Positions 1 through 6,506 of a DNA stretch of 38,858 bases are shown piece after piece (the stretch's first letter is position 1; each line of letters starts with the position of its first letter). The DNA comes from a virus. Both the position numbers and the translations under genes were made by a program. The notes under the pieces were generated by a model. The model did not search any database. It was given only the letters and a program-made list of their open reading frames with translations, and was not told the origin of the DNA. The DNA lies in the IMG/VR virus record IMGVR_UViG_3300048904_000120. One strand, given 5' to 3'.

Positions 1-104
1 GACGCGCGCACGGTTCACAAGGAGGGAGAGCCAGCCATCGGCGGCGGCTTCAGGAAACATCGATGAAAAGCGACGCCATTCCAGATCGAAATTCATCAGA
101 AGGG
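1..104. repeat. Left copy of a 104-bp terminal duplication (closure overlap of a circular or circularly permuted ~38,754-bp genome)
   Basis: Bases 1-104 are identical to 38755-38858. A minus-strand ORF reads through the junction in frame. Confidence 0.95.
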
Positions 105-345
105 CGTACATGTCCGGCACCTTCTCTGCGATCTGCACCTGACGATGGAGTTCGATCAGTTCGGCGACGGGGCAAAGGTGCTCGTCGCCGGCCTTGCGCA
201 GTTCCTGCATGAATACTGACTTAGGCACTGAAGCAGCCAGTGTATCCATTACGGACAAATTTTTACGCGCAACAGGAGCTTGTTGCGGGCGGAAGGCTTC
301 GAGACTGCGTAATAAGCCGTTGCGGGCCAGGGTTTGCGTTTTCAT
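1..345 (-). CDS. Hypothetical early protein, first 115 codons. The gene is cut by the window edge and continues 38754->38710 (129 aa in total).
   Basis: ATG 345-343 lies 6 nt after the SD-like CAGAAGGAA. The frame is open to base 1, and the duplicated right end continues it to TGA 38710-38712. It lies just downstream of promoter 390-418. Confidence 0.65.
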   Translation of the reverse strand, partial: MKTQTLARNGLLRSLEAFRPQQAPVARKNLSVMDTLAASVPKSVFMQELRKAGDEHLCPVAELIELHRQVQIAEKVPDMYALLMNFDLEWRRFSSMFPEAAADGWLSLLVNRARV

Positions 346-389
346 CGACGTTTCCTTCTGGTTTGTTGTTGTGTGTGCTGCTGAGATGG

Positions 390-418
390 ATAATACGGCA
401 CGAGTATTAGAAACGCAA
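390..418 (-). promoter_or_regulatory. Sigma70-like early-left promoter TTGCGT-17-TATTAT with an embedded perfect dyad TAATAC-N7-GTATTA (391-409)
   Basis: The -35 is at 413-418 and the -10 at 390-395 (read on the minus strand). It is nearly identical to promoter 6923-6951, including the spacer TTCTAATACT. Confidence 0.55.
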
Positions 419-457
419 GCGATTTTTCGAGCCGATGTGTGTGATCGGCTACGCTAC

Positions 458-736
458 TTAATTGGTCCTAGTGATCGCAGAGTCTATCTGCTCGTCGAGC
501 CTTTCGACTGGCGAGGGGCCTTTGTATGCAAACAAGCGCGGCAGATACCAGGTGAGGGAGCTATTGTCGTAGTGGTAGCGGGCGTGACTTCGCAGCCATC
601 GGTAGCGCTCAGCGTCCCTCCTGAGCGCTTCTGTCTCAGCGAGGAGATCGTCATACTTCTGCTTGATCGCCTTATATTCCGACGCGTAGTCGACGGATGC
701 CGCGTTATACATCTGATTCGCTTGTTCGTTCGTCAT
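458..736 (-). CDS. Hypothetical protein (92 aa, coiled-coil-like, RYRWLR motif)
   Basis: Track ORF 458-760. The internal ATG at 736 follows SD AGGAGGAAG and overlaps the upstream stop (ATGA). Confidence 0.7.
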   Translation of the reverse strand: MTNEQANQMYNAASVDYASEYKAIKQKYDDLLAETEALRRDAERYRWLRSHARYHYDNSSLTWYLPRLFAYKGPSPVERLDEQIDSAITRTN

Positions 737-1341
737 GCTTCCTCCTGTCTGTTGACCCAACCCCTGCGCTCAAACGCCGGTCGTAACTTCTCGATTGTGC
801 CAGCACGCAGCTCCGCAATCGCCGGCCCGATCTTCGCGGCCGCGTTGTATGCCGTGCTTCGGCTGACTCCGCATTCGTCGGCGATGTGCTGCGCAGAAGG
901 GCAGTAGTGCGAGCCATAGACGAATTCTCGCATCAGCATCAGGCGGATGACGGCCCGATTGCGCACGATGCCCGAAAACAGGTTTTCCAGGCGCTCGATA
1001 CCTACTGCGCGCTCGCCGTTCTCTCCGCCGTATTCCGCATCCAGGAGCGCCTGCTGATCGCGCGAGGTATGCGAGGCGATGACGTCGAGGATCAACCGCG
1101 CCTGCGCCCGTTTCTCGCTCGCGGATAGGATCATGCCGCCTTCCTTGCCGACGAACTCGCCGACCTTGCCGACCTTCACGCCGGCCGTTGCCCGCCACGT
1201 GTACGCGAAAGACAGTGCGCTCTCCATTGATCCAAAGAGCGCCATTCTTCGCACCGCTTCGTCATCGGCCGTAGACGAGCGCAGAGTAAGTCCGATTCGC
1301 CGAAACTGATCTTCCCGATCTGATAAACGCAGCCCTTGCAT
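733..1341 (-). CDS. Putative DNA-binding regulator with a C-terminal HTH. It sits near the end of the cro operon and is a candidate late-gene regulator.
   Basis: 202-aa ORF with SD GAGGAA. HTH-like segment SAQHIADECGVSRSTAYNAAAKIG. The functional call is inference from position only. Confidence 0.55.
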   Translation of the reverse strand: MQGLRLSDREDQFRRIGLTLRSSTADDEAVRRMALFGSMESALSFAYTWRATAGVKVGKVGEFVGKEGGMILSASEKRAQARLILDVIASHTSRDQQALLDAEYGGENGERAVGIERLENLFSGIVRNRAVIRLMLMREFVYGSHYCPSAQHIADECGVSRSTAYNAAAKIGPAIAELRAGTIEKLRPAFERRGWVNRQEEA

Positions 1342-1414
1342 GTGGATTCCTCGCGCGCTATTAGTATTTTTAGTGGGTCGCCGTATTCATGCCGGCGTAA
1401 CGGTTTGGTCGGCT

Positions 1415-1585
1415 TCAATCGCGGCCTTCTTTGCGCCTGATGTAGTCGTCGAGAATCTCTGCAACCTGTTCAGGTGTGCACTCCGACCAAATGTAATAGT
1501 CGCGAATCTCGACGAACTTTCGATATCGCGCTCCGTCGCGCGCGTCGATCGCTTGCTGCTTGCATTCATCACATTGACAGACCAT
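1415..1585 (-). CDS. Hypothetical small Cys-containing protein (56 aa)
   Basis: Track ORF 1415-1654. The ATG at 1585 is preceded by the strong SD AAGGAGGAAG. Confidence 0.6.
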   Translation of the reverse strand: MVCQCDECKQQAIDARDGARYRKFVEIRDYYIWSECTPEQVAEILDDYIRRKEGRD

Positions 1586-1670
1586 TACGCTTCCTCCTTT
1601 TGCTCGCGTTTCGGCGGATTCCATGCTCGCGCCATGACGTTGAAGAACAGCCACCAGTACAGGGCGGGAC

Positions 1671-2006
1671 TCATTTCGGCTCCTTGTCGATCGTCTTGGA
1701 CTTGTCCAGAGTCGCTGCGAGATACGCGCGAATATCGTCGCAGTCGAATCGCTTAGTCGACCACATCCGGCCGATCCGCTCGATCTGTTCGTCGGTCAAT
1801 GGGCGGCCGCTCGGATTGACCACGTCATCCCAGGCGTGGCAACGCCCGCAAATACGGCCCTCGTCCGACTCGCATTTGCAGGGCACGAAAGCCTCTTGCT
1901 TGCCGCTCGCGGCCTCGTATGCTTGTCGCATCAATTCTGGAACGACAAGGCCAAGCTGGTCGCACTTATCGCCGTATTCCTTCGCAAACCATTCATCGAA
2001 CGTCAT
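1671..2006 (-). CDS. Hypothetical protein (111 aa, Cys-rich CKC...CGRCH)
   Basis: Track ORF. The start overlaps the upstream stop (ATGA coupling). Confidence 0.65.
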   Translation of the reverse strand: MTFDEWFAKEYGDKCDQLGLVVPELMRQAYEAASGKQEAFVPCKCESDEGRICGRCHAWDDVVNPSGRPLTDEQIERIGRMWSTKRFDCDDIRAYLAATLDKSKTIDKEPK

Positions 2007-2290
2007 ACCGCCTCCAGTTGGTTAGCCATCAATCGCGCACGGCAAGCGTCTTGCATCGCCCGTAGCGTCTCCATCGCTCGAAACACTGGCGGCGTATCCT
2101 CGCGCGTGCTAAACCAAATGCAGCCCGATCTATCGCGGCGGCCGTTGCATTTCACCTTGCCGCTGGTTTCAAGTCGCGATAGTGCCTGGCGCACCTTCTG
2201 AGCCGTAATGTCGATGCTGTCGGCGATCTGCTGAACGGTGGCGCCCTCGGGCTGCGTGCTGAGGTAATCGCTGATGCGGGCTGGAATCAT
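2003..2290 (-). CDS. Small winged-helix DNA-binding protein (MarR/ArsR-like fold)
   Basis: 95 aa. ATVQQIADSIDITAQKVRQALSRLETSGKV is HTH plus wing-like. Translationally coupled on both sides. Confidence 0.6.
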   Translation of the reverse strand: MIPARISDYLSTQPEGATVQQIADSIDITAQKVRQALSRLETSGKVKCNGRRDRSGCIWFSTREDTPPVFRAMETLRAMQDACRARLMANQLEAV

Positions 2291-3084
2291 GCTGCCTCCG
2301 AATCAAGGCCGCCCACGTCGCGCGATGCTCGCCGGTGGCTCTCCCAATCAAACTTCACGCTTACGCCAGATTCGCTCAGGCGGTCCATGAATCGCTCGCC
2401 GAGATACGCCTTCAGGCTCGGTACGTCGAGGTTCGTCAGCAGGATGGTGGGCTTGCAATTGAGCCTGCGCGCCTCTAGCAGCTCGTGCAGCGTGCGTTGC
2501 TCGTCATCCGTTCCGCGCTGCAATCCGATCTCGTCGAGGATCATCAAATCGATCGACTCGAACTGGCGAAGCATCTGTTCTTCGGTAAGCTCGGAGTTGC
2601 GCGACCATGTTCCGCGAATCTTGGTAAACAAGCGTGCGGTGGACGTAAAGTAGACGGTGTGACCGCGTGCCATCAGGTAGTTAGCAGCGGCGCATGCAAG
2701 GTGCGATTTACCGGTACCAACTTTGCCGATTCCTACAAGGACAGTGCCGCACCTGAGATGGTCTTGGAATGTCCGGGCGAAATTCTTGAACCTTGACCAT
2801 GCAAGGTCTTGCGGGGGCGTCTTTTTTTCGTAGTTATCGAAAGTCCGATCGCGGAACAGCGCCGGGATACCCGCTTGCTCAAGACGCGCCTCGACCTTCG
2901 CCTGACGCTCTGCGCGCTCCTTCTCTGCTTTAGCGGCGGCCTCGCGGTCTTCGGCGTTTTGCTCGCACACGGGGCAGCGATCAGCTCGGATAACCCGCTC
3001 GCCAACTGAAAACGAGCGGATCGAGAACTTTCCATGTTCTGCGCACGAGCCGATTTGCACGGTTTGGCTGATCGAAACGTTCAT
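2287..3084 (-). CDS. DnaC/IstB-like AAA+ helicase loader with an N-terminal zinc ribbon
   Basis: Walker A GIGKVGTGKSH, Walker B DLMILDEIG, N-terminal C..H...CPVC. It sits downstream of the initiator gene. Confidence 0.8.
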   Translation of the reverse strand: MNVSISQTVQIGSCAEHGKFSIRSFSVGERVIRADRCPVCEQNAEDREAAAKAEKERAERQAKVEARLEQAGIPALFRDRTFDNYEKKTPPQDLAWSRFKNFARTFQDHLRCGTVLVGIGKVGTGKSHLACAAANYLMARGHTVYFTSTARLFTKIRGTWSRNSELTEEQMLRQFESIDLMILDEIGLQRGTDDEQRTLHELLEARRLNCKPTILLTNLDVPSLKAYLGERFMDRLSESGVSVKFDWESHRRASRDVGGLDSEAA

Positions 3085-3602
3085 TTTTGCTCTCCGTGAT
3101 TAGCGAAATCTCCGTGCAATTTTTCGCGAAGTTCAATAGCTGCGTGTTTTGCGTCTTCGATGTTTTTGAACGTGCCGCCATTCACCATGCGGCCGTCGTG
3201 ACTGACCCGAGCACACCATGCGTTCGAGGCCTTATGCCAAAAGACCCCTTTTATGCCGCTAGTGTTGTCGCGCCGCATCTTCGCGTTTCTCACGTTTTCA
3301 GTGTTGGAGCACACGCGAAGGTTCGCGATTCTGTTGTCAGATCGAACGCCGTTGATGTGGTCGATATGGCCTTCCGGCCACGCCCCATTGGCGAGCAGCC
3401 ATGCGACACGGTGCGCTTGGTAGAGCTTTCGATCTATCTTGACCTTCAGGTATCCCTGAATGCCGATCGATCCGGCAACCTGCCCGGCTTTGATGCAGTT
3501 GGACTTCGCTACCTTCCATCGGAGTTCGCCGGTTTCTGCGTCGTAGCTAAGTTGTTCCGAGACGTACTCGCGTGTTAAGTGCGTGGTCGTTAAATCATTC
3601 AT
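3081..3602 (-). CDS. HNH homing-type endonuclease with an AP2 DNA-binding domain
   Basis: HRVAWLLANGAWPEGHIDHINGVRSDNRIANLRVCSNTEN followed by GVFWHKASNAWCARV. The ATG at 3602 follows SD AAGGAA. Confidence 0.8.
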   Translation of the reverse strand: MNDLTTTHLTREYVSEQLSYDAETGELRWKVAKSNCIKAGQVAGSIGIQGYLKVKIDRKLYQAHRVAWLLANGAWPEGHIDHINGVRSDNRIANLRVCSNTENVRNAKMRRDNTSGIKGVFWHKASNAWCARVSHDGRMVNGGTFKNIEDAKHAAIELREKLHGDFANHGEQK

Positions 3603-3638
3603 CGCGGTTCCTTGTTTGTTTTTGTACAACACTTCTGG

Positions 3639-4352
3639 TTAGAAAAGTGGCGTGCTGTAGTCCATGTCAGCAAGCGATTTTGTTTTACTAGATGATACCC
3701 CAGATGTTTTAGAGTTGGGCGGAAAAATACCCTGATATCCGTTCGCAATCGAGTGATTGATCGCCGCCTTCAGATCGACCCCTTGCGCGCGGTAGGCTGC
3801 GAGCTGCTCGATTGTCTTCAGTGCGCTGCTAGGCGTCATCGGCTTTTTCTTCTCTCTGCGGTGTTGCTCCCATTCGGCCCATAACTCAGGATCGAGCCAT
3901 TCAGGTAAGGAGGGGCGCGCAGCGACCTTTTCAGTCTTTGCTGCCTTTCTCAGTTCTTTCTTAGAATCAGTACTTACTAGTGGTTGATTACCCAAATCTG
4001 GGTTTCCCTGATCTGGATTACCCAAATCTGGGTTTCCTGAATTTGGGTCGGAGGGCGTCGCGCGCTCGCGAACAAGGTAGTCGAGCGTCCCGTCTGCGTG
4101 CTTCTTGCGTCTCAGATAGCCGACATTCAAGAGTTCGTTAATGATCGCGTAGACGGCCGTTTTGCCAGACTGGCGCTGTCCTGCGCCTGCCGTGCAGTTG
4201 ATCAGTGCCTCAATGCTGACGCGCCAATGATCGGGCTTGCCAAGCAGGAAGATGAGCATCCCGCGAGCGGCCCACGACAGGCGCTCATCTTCACTGATCC
4301 GCTTGTCGAGAATGTAGAAGTTGCTGTCCGGGCGCGGCTCTCGGATGATCAT
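3639..4352 (-). CDS. Replication initiator (lambda O / DnaD-like, N-terminal wHTH) with an internal GNPD(L/Q) repeat linker
   Basis: Track ORF 3639-4511 trimmed to the ATG at 4352, which overlaps the upstream stop (ATGA). It is followed by a loader gene and contains the iterons at 3986-4050. Confidence 0.7.
   Translation of the reverse strand: MIIREPRPDSNFYILDKRISEDERLSWAARGMLIFLLGKPDHWRVSIEALINCTAGAGQRQSGKTAVYAIINELLNVGYLRRKKHADGTLDYLVRERATPSDPNSGNPDLGNPDQGNPDLGNQPLVSTDSKKELRKAAKTEKVAARPSLPEWLDPELWAEWEQHRREKKKPMTPSSALKTIEQLAAYRAQGVDLKAAINHSIANGYQGIFPPNSKTSGVSSSKTKSLADMDYSTPLF
3986..4050. repeat. In-gene iteron array (candidate lytic origin)
   Basis: The 22-bp GATTACCCAAATCTGGGTTTCC occurs perfectly repeated at 3986-4007 and 4016-4037. 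Overall there are four 15-bp units (3991-4050), with an AT-richer stretch at 3961-3990. Confidence 0.6.
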
Positions 4353-4828
4353 GCTGCGTTCCTCTTGAGGACGGAAAACGACTTCTTGCCCTTGGTGCTG
4401 TTGCAGGATCGGCAAAGCGTCTGCAGGTTTTCGAGCGTCGTCGGGCCGCCGTCGCGCTCGGAAATGATATGGTCGCAGCAGAGATCGACGTGCGAGCTGC
4501 ACATGACGCACCGGTACGCATCACGCTCGAAAACAGACTTCGCAAGGGTTCGGCTGATTTTCGCCTTCTGGTAGACGTCCCCCCGGCTTCTTGAGCGGAT
4601 GGCGCCGGAGGCGTACATCTGTTCCTCGATTCGGCGCATCATTTCACCGCCATTCCCGTCGCCCCACTCGCGCATAAACGGGGCAGCCTCTTCGATGGCC
4701 TTTTTGATTCGCCGATCAAACTTGGCGCTCGCGGCCTTCGCCGCCTTCTCGTGGGCGCGCGCCGCAGCCTTCTGCTCCGGTGTCATCCACCATTCGTAGT
4801 CGATGTCCAAGATGCTGTTCACGCTCAC
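4349..4828 (-). CDS. HNH endonuclease
   Basis: C-terminal CVMCSSHVDLCCDHIISERDGGPTTLENLQTLCRSCNSTKG. The GTG start overlaps the cro-like stop. Confidence 0.85.
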   Translation of the reverse strand: MSVNSILDIDYEWWMTPEQKAAARAHEKAAKAASAKFDRRIKKAIEEAAPFMREWGDGNGGEMMRRIEEQMYASGAIRSRSRGDVYQKAKISRTLAKSVFERDAYRCVMCSSHVDLCCDHIISERDGGPTTLENLQTLCRSCNSTKGKKSFSVLKRNAA

Positions 4829-5070
4829 TCCTTGCCGGTGCCAACTACACGCGCCGGCAAATCGCGCAGGCGCAGCAGGTCGACGATCTGCATGCCGTCG
4901 CCAGCGGTGATCTCGTCGCTTGCCATAGCGAGCTTTACAGCGCGGTCAGGCGTCACAGGACGGGCGTAATTCTTGATGTGATACCAAGAGCACAGGCTCA
5001 TGCCGAGCTTCTCGCGCACCTGGTCGACGATCTTGCGGCCGTGCTTTTGGTGGAACTCGTTTGCATCCAT
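4825..5070 (-). CDS. Cro-like / YdaS-type small HTH regulator, first gene of the leftward operon
   Basis: 81 aa with SD GAGGAG. Divergent from the CI-like gene across a 267-bp control region. Confidence 0.55.
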   Translation of the reverse strand: MDANEFHQKHGRKIVDQVREKLGMSLCSWYHIKNYARPVTPDRAVKLAMASDEITAGDGMQIVDLLRLRDLPARVVGTGKE

Positions 5071-5337
5071 TTGTCGGCTCCTCGCGCCTGTTGATCTAAG
5101 GCTTTCATTGTATTATAAAGCGCCAAAAGTATCCAGTATTTGTAAGCGTAAAGCGCTGTAAGTTAGTGAAAACTCTAGTTTTTTGCTTTGGTCACGCTTG
5201 CATTCAGACGCCCGATGTCGCAATATTCAGTTACACGAGAAAAGCAGGGCGGCGAGGGGAACACGACCGTACCGGTGAAAAGCGCATGAGGTGCGCACGA
5301 CGGGGCCAACCCGCGACTAAAACACAGGAACCGAAAG
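5071..5337. promoter_or_regulatory. Divergent cro / cI control region
   Basis: AT-rich. On the minus strand, TATAAT (5112-5117) and TACAAT (5107-5112) are -10 candidates. Contains a 10/12 dyad TAAGGC-N7-GTATTA at 5097-5115. TAAAGCGC occurs twice, and AGCGCTGTAA (5152-5161) recurs inverted at 5827-5836. Confidence 0.5.
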
Positions 5338-5787
5338 ATGACCGTAGAAACAATCGAGCGCATCCGCCAACGAAACTTCCTTTGGCTGTTTGACCAATTC
5401 AAAGAAGACTTTCGAAAGGATTGGCCGAACGAGCCAGATCGCGGAATGCTCAGACGATTTGCCGACCGTCTCGGCATGGATCAGATCTACGTGTCGCAGA
5501 TCAAGAACGGTGGGAAGAAGGAAGAGGGCGGAAACGGCCGCATCATCGGCCCGCAGCTCGCGCGTCGCATAGAGAGCGCTCTGAACCTCCCGGAAGGCTG
5601 GCTCGATACAAACCATCAGGCGCCGGCAGAAGTCCAGGATGAGGGTCTGGCAGACGTTCTAAACACTGTCCGCGGCCTCTACGAACATTCACCTGAAGCA
5701 ACGCGCGCCGCACTGATAAAGGTGATGGGCGCTATCGTCACAGGAAAGCCGATAGAGACGATCGTAGAGAAAGAGCACGCAAAATAA
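5338..5787 (+). CDS. CI-like repressor (HTH; no obvious S24 autopeptidase domain)
   Basis: 149 aa. HTH-like LRRFADRLGMDQIYVSQIKNG. Divergent from the cro-like gene. Confidence 0.6.
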   Translation: MTVETIERIRQRNFLWLFDQFKEDFRKDWPNEPDRGMLRRFADRLGMDQIYVSQIKNGGKKEEGGNGRIIGPQLARRIESALNLPEGWLDTNHQAPAEVQDEGLADVLNTVRGLYEHSPEATRAALIKVMGAIVTGKPIETIVEKEHAK

Positions 5788-5802
5788 GCTGCTCGCAAAC
5801 GG

Positions 5803-5830
5803 TTGACAGCGGGGCAGACAAAAGTATTAC
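5803..5830 (+). promoter_or_regulatory. Sigma70-like promoter TTGACA-16-TATTAC downstream of the repressor gene
   Basis: The -35 is at 5803-5808 and the -10 at 5825-5830. The -10 overlaps a GTATTA half-site (5824-5829) and TTACAGCGCT (5827-5836). Confidence 0.5.
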
Positions 5831-5994
5831 AGCGCTAACAATTTTCGTCCTACCAAAGTAATTTTGACTTCTAATACAGCGAAAATGCAACAAAGCAATA
5901 CAAGGATTTGTTGCGTACCCTTATGATATGCCTTATCGTTACGTGGACGCTTAGTTGAAAGCGCCTCCCCAAACGATCAGAAAGGCGGGTAATT

Positions 5995-6177
5995 ATGACC
6001 GGTGCGCAAGTTGTCGCTACGAGTGGTACGAATGTTTTGCCGGTGTTCGAGGGCGAGTTATCGCCTGAGGCTTGGAGTGACAACGAATTCATCAATGCGG
6101 CCTGCGCCGCCATCCCCGTTCACATGCGTCAGGAGGCGATTGCCGCACTTCTGTCGATCGTTGGGCGAACGCACTAA
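5995..6177 (+). CDS. Hypothetical 60-aa protein in the immunity island
   Basis: Track ORF with a modest SD (AAAGGCGGG), downstream of promoter 5803-5830. Confidence 0.5.
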   Translation: MTGAQVVATSGTNVLPVFEGELSPEAWSDNEFINAACAAIPVHMRQEAIAALLSIVGRTH

Positions 6178-6194
6178 TACGCGCAAAGTTTTGG

Positions 6195-6224
6195 TTGACA
6201 CAACTTGGACTGTTTTGGTAAGAT
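6195..6224 (+). promoter_or_regulatory. Strong sigma70-like promoter TTGACA-18-TAAGAT with no ORF behind it
   Basis: The -35 is at 6195-6200 and the -10 at 6219-6224. The next ~140 nt carry only hairpins and two intrinsic terminators. Confidence 0.6.
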
Positions 6225-6293
6225 GTGTCTACCGTGACGTCATTGCGACTTGGGTCGTATTCATCACCGGTTCCTTCTGCTGCAAGGCAGTTT

Positions 6294-6323
6294 CCGCTCC
6301 CCGTCTGGGTTGAGCGGCTTTTT
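6294..6323 (+). terminator. Intrinsic terminator 1
   Basis: CCGCTCCCC-GTCT-GGG(TT)GAGCGG followed by CTTTTT. Confidence 0.55.
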
Positions 6324-6332
6324 ACAAAGTAA

Positions 6333-6369
6333 GCCGTCGCTAGAGCAATCAGCGGCGGCTTTTTCGTTT
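6333..6369 (+). terminator. Intrinsic terminator 2
   Basis: GCCGTCGCT-9 nt-AGCGGCGGC (one G.U pair) followed by TTTTTCGTTTT. Confidence 0.65.
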
Positions 6370-6506
6370 TCGCCGGCGCTCCCCACGCCTGACTGCCGGG
6401 AAAGTTCGGCGTATGGATCGGTAGACCGCTAAGGAGGCGGGGCAGCCTGTAAAGCTGTCGCTTCGGCCAGCTAGGATCGTTACCTAGTCGATCCACCAAT
6501 TTCTAT

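Larger units (their letters stand above)
6231..6369 (+). ncRNA. Candidate small RNA (~93 nt to terminator 1, ~135 nt to terminator 2)
   Basis: Promoter plus tandem terminators and no credible ORF. Contains the anti-SD-like GGUUCCUUCUG (6269-6279). Confidence 0.5.

Noticed and set aside
432-450. The hairpin GCCGAT-GTGTGTG-ATCGGC as a terminator between the 92-aa gene and promoter 390-418
   Set aside because: The T-run precedes the stem on the + strand, and an A-run follows it on the minus strand. It therefore lacks the 3' U-tract needed for an intrinsic terminator in either direction.
5864-5892. TTGACT-TCTAATAC... as a further + strand promoter, because it resembles the -35/spacer of the two TATTAT promoters
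   Set aside because: No acceptable -10 hexamer lies at 16-18 bp (GCAACA/TGCAAC). It is probably just an isolated TAATAC half-site.
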